Assembly: GCA_018398765.1 (NCBI GenBank)
Contig: JAHBMJ010000372.1
Location: 1 to 49,041 of the forward strand
DNA from: Chromera velia
Taxonomy: Eukaryota
Length of the DNA stretch: 49,041 nucleotides
Reading direction: 5' to 3'
In this document: one piece after another, positions 45,753-49,041 of the stretch
Position numbering within the stretch: position 1 is the first letter of the stretch
Layout: each line of letters starts with the position of its first letter
Notes under the pieces: model-generated
The model's input: only the letters and a program-made list of their open reading frames with translations
Told to the model about the DNA's origin: nothing
Databases searched by the model: none
Translations under genes and position numbers: made by a program

Positions 45753-47476
45753 AGCCAGTGGTTTTGTGACTGCTTATCTGTCTGTCTGCTACCTTGCTTT
45801 TCAGGTCTGTCTTGCCTGTCCTGTGATGAAGAGGAGTTTTGTCTTTGGGTGCCTTCGAGATGAGGTCAGTACTGGAAAGGGAAAAAATGGTTGTGCTAGT
45901 GACTGACGGTGACTGAGGTAAATGACCGGTCTTCAAGTTGGTGAGAATGATCACGCGCAGCCACTGTACTGCCAAGGACTCTCTTTCCATTCTTACGGTG
46001 GAAGCTCCAGGCTCTCTGGGCTGGAGAAAGAGACCAAAGAGGCGAAAACACGAAAAAACAGACTGATGGACTGTAGCATAGGCAAGAGTGGGGACACTTG
46101 CGATGCACGCACGCCGACCAAAACCAAGCCTTTGAAAAGGAATAGACATCAAACCGAATCTAAAGCAGATGGACAGAGGAAGAGAGGGAGAAAGCCTGTG
46201 GAACAACTCATCTGTCAAGATGCATATAGCACATGCAAGGAGGGAAGCGTAAGACCTCACACGCAATCGGTAGACGGCTATCATTACACTCTACATGCGC
46301 AATCGCTTGTTTCCAGATTGACTTCTTCTCTTTTCGCACACTTTTTACACACATGCACACTTTTATTCAGTCATGTCAACAAGAGTCTCAACGAATCGAA
46401 AAGCCGGAGGCGGGTTTATGATTTCAAATTATGAACACCAGAAAGAGAGACAGACTTTCGTTTGTCATGTCATCTATATCTTTCTTTGTTCGATGGACAA
46501 TGAGGGTTACAACAGGATGTCACTCCTGTATAGGACCTTCCGTGATAAGAAAAAAAGATAATGACTGACTGTTGTTGACACTTGGTCACGCGAACTTGTC
46601 ACGGCACGACTCGAACAACTAAAGCTGACTCCGACACAACACATTCAAGAGCTTTCTTGAAAATGAAGGAAACCTCATGAACGTGCAGGGGACCGGAAAA
46701 GGCTGAAAGGGCACAAGCAGGTACCAACAGCTGTTGGGCATGTGCACCCTTGCGTTCCCGAACCAATTATCAATTAAACTGGAATGCGTAGGCAGCTGTC
46801 TCGGCCGGGGAGTGCTGGGAACCCAGCAGTGGGGCACTCGCAGATCCTGAAGGTGAACCATCAGTCAAACTACAGCTGTGTTGCAAGCATCGGTTCCTTC
46901 TTTCTCGCCGGTCAATTAACACGAATTGACAGCATTCTTTCTCTGTCTCTCAGACTCTCCAGCACTCTCCAGCGGCCTTTCCAAGTATAGATTTCATTGG
47001 AGAGACCGTCGAATCTAAACGGGACAGCTATATATAATCCCACCGTGCTGCGCATATATACCTGCATGCATGCTCCTGTCACGAGTCATTTGTGTAGACT
47101 ATAAGTGCATGCATGTTGCATGCAGTGTTGCAGCTGCGGCCCAGCCGGGGCCCCGCGTGGCGGGGGTGGCCCTTGGATGCCGGGGTCATTTGCGGGCCGC
47201 GGCCCGCGTGAGATAGCGATCAATGGATTAAAGCTCGGCGTGGCTCTGCATGCTCAAATCGCGGGGCCCGCGAGCCAGCTAGGAGACGGAGAAAGTGCAG
47301 AAAGTGCATGCGCAAGCTATAGACCTCAAAAAGTCTCCAGCTCTACTCGGCCTTGTTACGCCACGTCCCCGTTCCCTTTTGAGTGCGTCGAAGGTTCCGG
47401 ATCCACTTGACCACACCGAGGCTTTGGCCACAGAAGCACTGTTCTGAAATCCACAAGTAGGGGAAGGATAAGAACC

Positions 47477-48732
47477 ATGGCCAAGCTCGCAGTCGCAGTC
47501 GCCGTCTCTGTCTGCCTCAGTGGCACCTCTGCCTTCCAGCCCTTGCTGAAGAGCGCCACACCCCAAAGAAGTGCGTCTGTTACCCAGGCGGCATATGACT
47601 ACAGCAAGGTTGAGGGACTTCCCGGTGCAAGCGAACCCTTTCTGCCCTACTTTGGCTATACTCCTGATAGCGAGAAGGGCGAGCAGTTGAAGCGGTACAG
47701 AGAGGCAGAGCTGAAGCACGGCCGGCTTGCCATGATGGCCACCCTCGGTTTTTTCGTGGTTGAGGGTCTGAATTTCCACCCTCTGTTTCCCAAGGTTGAA
47801 GGAATTGCAATCAACCAATACCAGCAGCTCCCCGGTGCCGCTCAGGCCTTTCTTGCTCTTTGCGTTGGGTTGATTGAGGGCATCAACATTGAGAAGGGAT
47901 GGAAAGACCCCAGAAAAGACGCCGACAACTTCTTCACCCTCGAGGAAGACTTTGAGCCTGGCACTTACAACTGGGACCCCGCAAAGTTCATCACGAAGTA
48001 CGGCCTCGAGGACGCTGCCAAGATGAAGGAGATGAAGACTAAGGAACTCAACAATGGAAGACTTGCAATGATTGGCATTGCCGGTTAGTCCATCTTTTTA
48101 TCTCTGCTCTCCTTTGCTTTACTGGGCGTGTTTGTGCCCCATCTAATCAACCGACAGCGTCTCTCTGCCCCCCACCCCGTCACCGTGGTTCGTTCCTGAC
48201 ACTCCTCCCCCCCCGTTGTCCAACGCTTGTTCGGCTGCCTGTCTGCCTACCCATTTGGCCGTTTTTGCACTCCTTGGGGTGTCTGTCTCTTTTTCTGATC
48301 CTCCCTCTTTGTTCCTGTCGGATTGACTGAAATAGAAGGAAAGATGAGAAAATACGGAGATTGTCTCTCTCTCTCTCCGTCTCCCTCGCTCTCTGTGCGT
48401 GCATGCGTGCGTGTTCTTGTCTGATTGTATGCTTCGTTCCTTCCATGAAGTAATACGAAAAGCAGAAAGGAAAAAAACAAAGCAGTGTGTAAAGAAGTCG
48501 GTCTGTGTATCCGTCTGTCTTTCTGTCTGTCTCTGATTTTCTCCTTCTCCCTGAATGCCCGTCGGTGCCTCTGTCTTTCTGCGTGCCATGTCGCGGTGTG
48601 CGCATGCCGATGTTGGGGAGCTTAGATTTTATCGGCTGACAGTTCCCTTCGGACCCCTTCCCCCCTCTTTCTGGTTGCTTGCTTGCAGGCATGATTGTCC
48701 AGGAATCCCTCACAGGAAAGCCGATCTTTTAA
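47477..48732 (+). CDS. Light-harvesting complex (chlorophyll-binding, red-lineage LHC/FCP-like) protein with bipartite plastid targeting, 216 aa, 2 exons
   Basis: Exons are 47477-48083 and 48689-48732 (phase 1). Helix motifs are YREAELKHGRLAMMATLG and KTKELNNGRLAMIGIAG|MIVQESLTG. The signal peptide MAKLAVAVAVSVCLSGTSA is followed by F (ASAF-type cleavage). Confidence 0.96.
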
Positions 48733-49041
48733 GGCATTTTTTTTTGTCTGCTTGAGGAGAAAGTGGTGGAGGGAGGGCATGCAGCCTTGATCGATTTGTG
48801 CGGATTAGCTGCCCAGACTGACAAGCGACCAACGAAAAGGGGGCACGGCCTTGCTGCTTTCTGGGCGCACGCTCTTTGTCTGTCTCTCTTTTCACTCACG
48901 CTCGTGCTGGAGCACGCACCACGTTTGTCCTGTCTTTTAAGGAGACAATGTGTGTGCTGGTTCACAGGTGCGTTGGTGATCCGAAAGAAAGCGAGACGTC
49001 AACAAGAGGGCGTCCAGATGGCTGGGGGGGGGGGGGGGGGG

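Noticed and set aside
45724..46990. Assorted 60-186 aa ORFs between the polymerase and the LHC gene
   Set aside because: They have no domain motifs or consistent exon chain, so the region is treated as intergenic/UTR.

Overview
This is intron-rich, microsatellite-rich nuclear DNA from a photosynthetic alveolate with a complex plastid. It is most consistent with a chromerid such as Chromera velia, inferred from a signal-peptide-bearing LHC, an apicomplexan-type COX6B and the intron style. Five spliced host genes could be rebuilt with consistent splice phases: a TRAF-like RING/zf-TRAF/coiled-coil/MATH gene (-), a dually acylated MORN-repeat gene (+), COX6B (-), eIF3a (+, 16 exons) and an LHC gene (+). 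There is also an apparently single-exon Pol-iota-like Y-family polymerase (+). The left 4.7 kb is nested mobile DNA: the 3' end of a chromodomain Ty3/Gypsy element with CG...CG LTR termini sits inside a Merlin/IS1595-like DDE transposon. That transposon carries a phage-type HNH ORF and ends in a 90-bp array terminating in CTAG. The most striking signal is window-wide: at least 12 perfect 8-9 bp direct repeats separated by exactly CTAG, plus a 250-bp MITE with CTAG termini and an 8-bp target duplication. Together these point to a CTAG-terminated transposon family that leaves +12/+13 bp TSD-CTAG-TSD scars. A second candidate system is a truncated NLR-like gene that fuses a degenerate diadenylate-cyclase-like domain to an NB-ARC NTPase and lies next to the TRAF-like gene. 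All domain calls are by-eye motif recognition; no searches were run.
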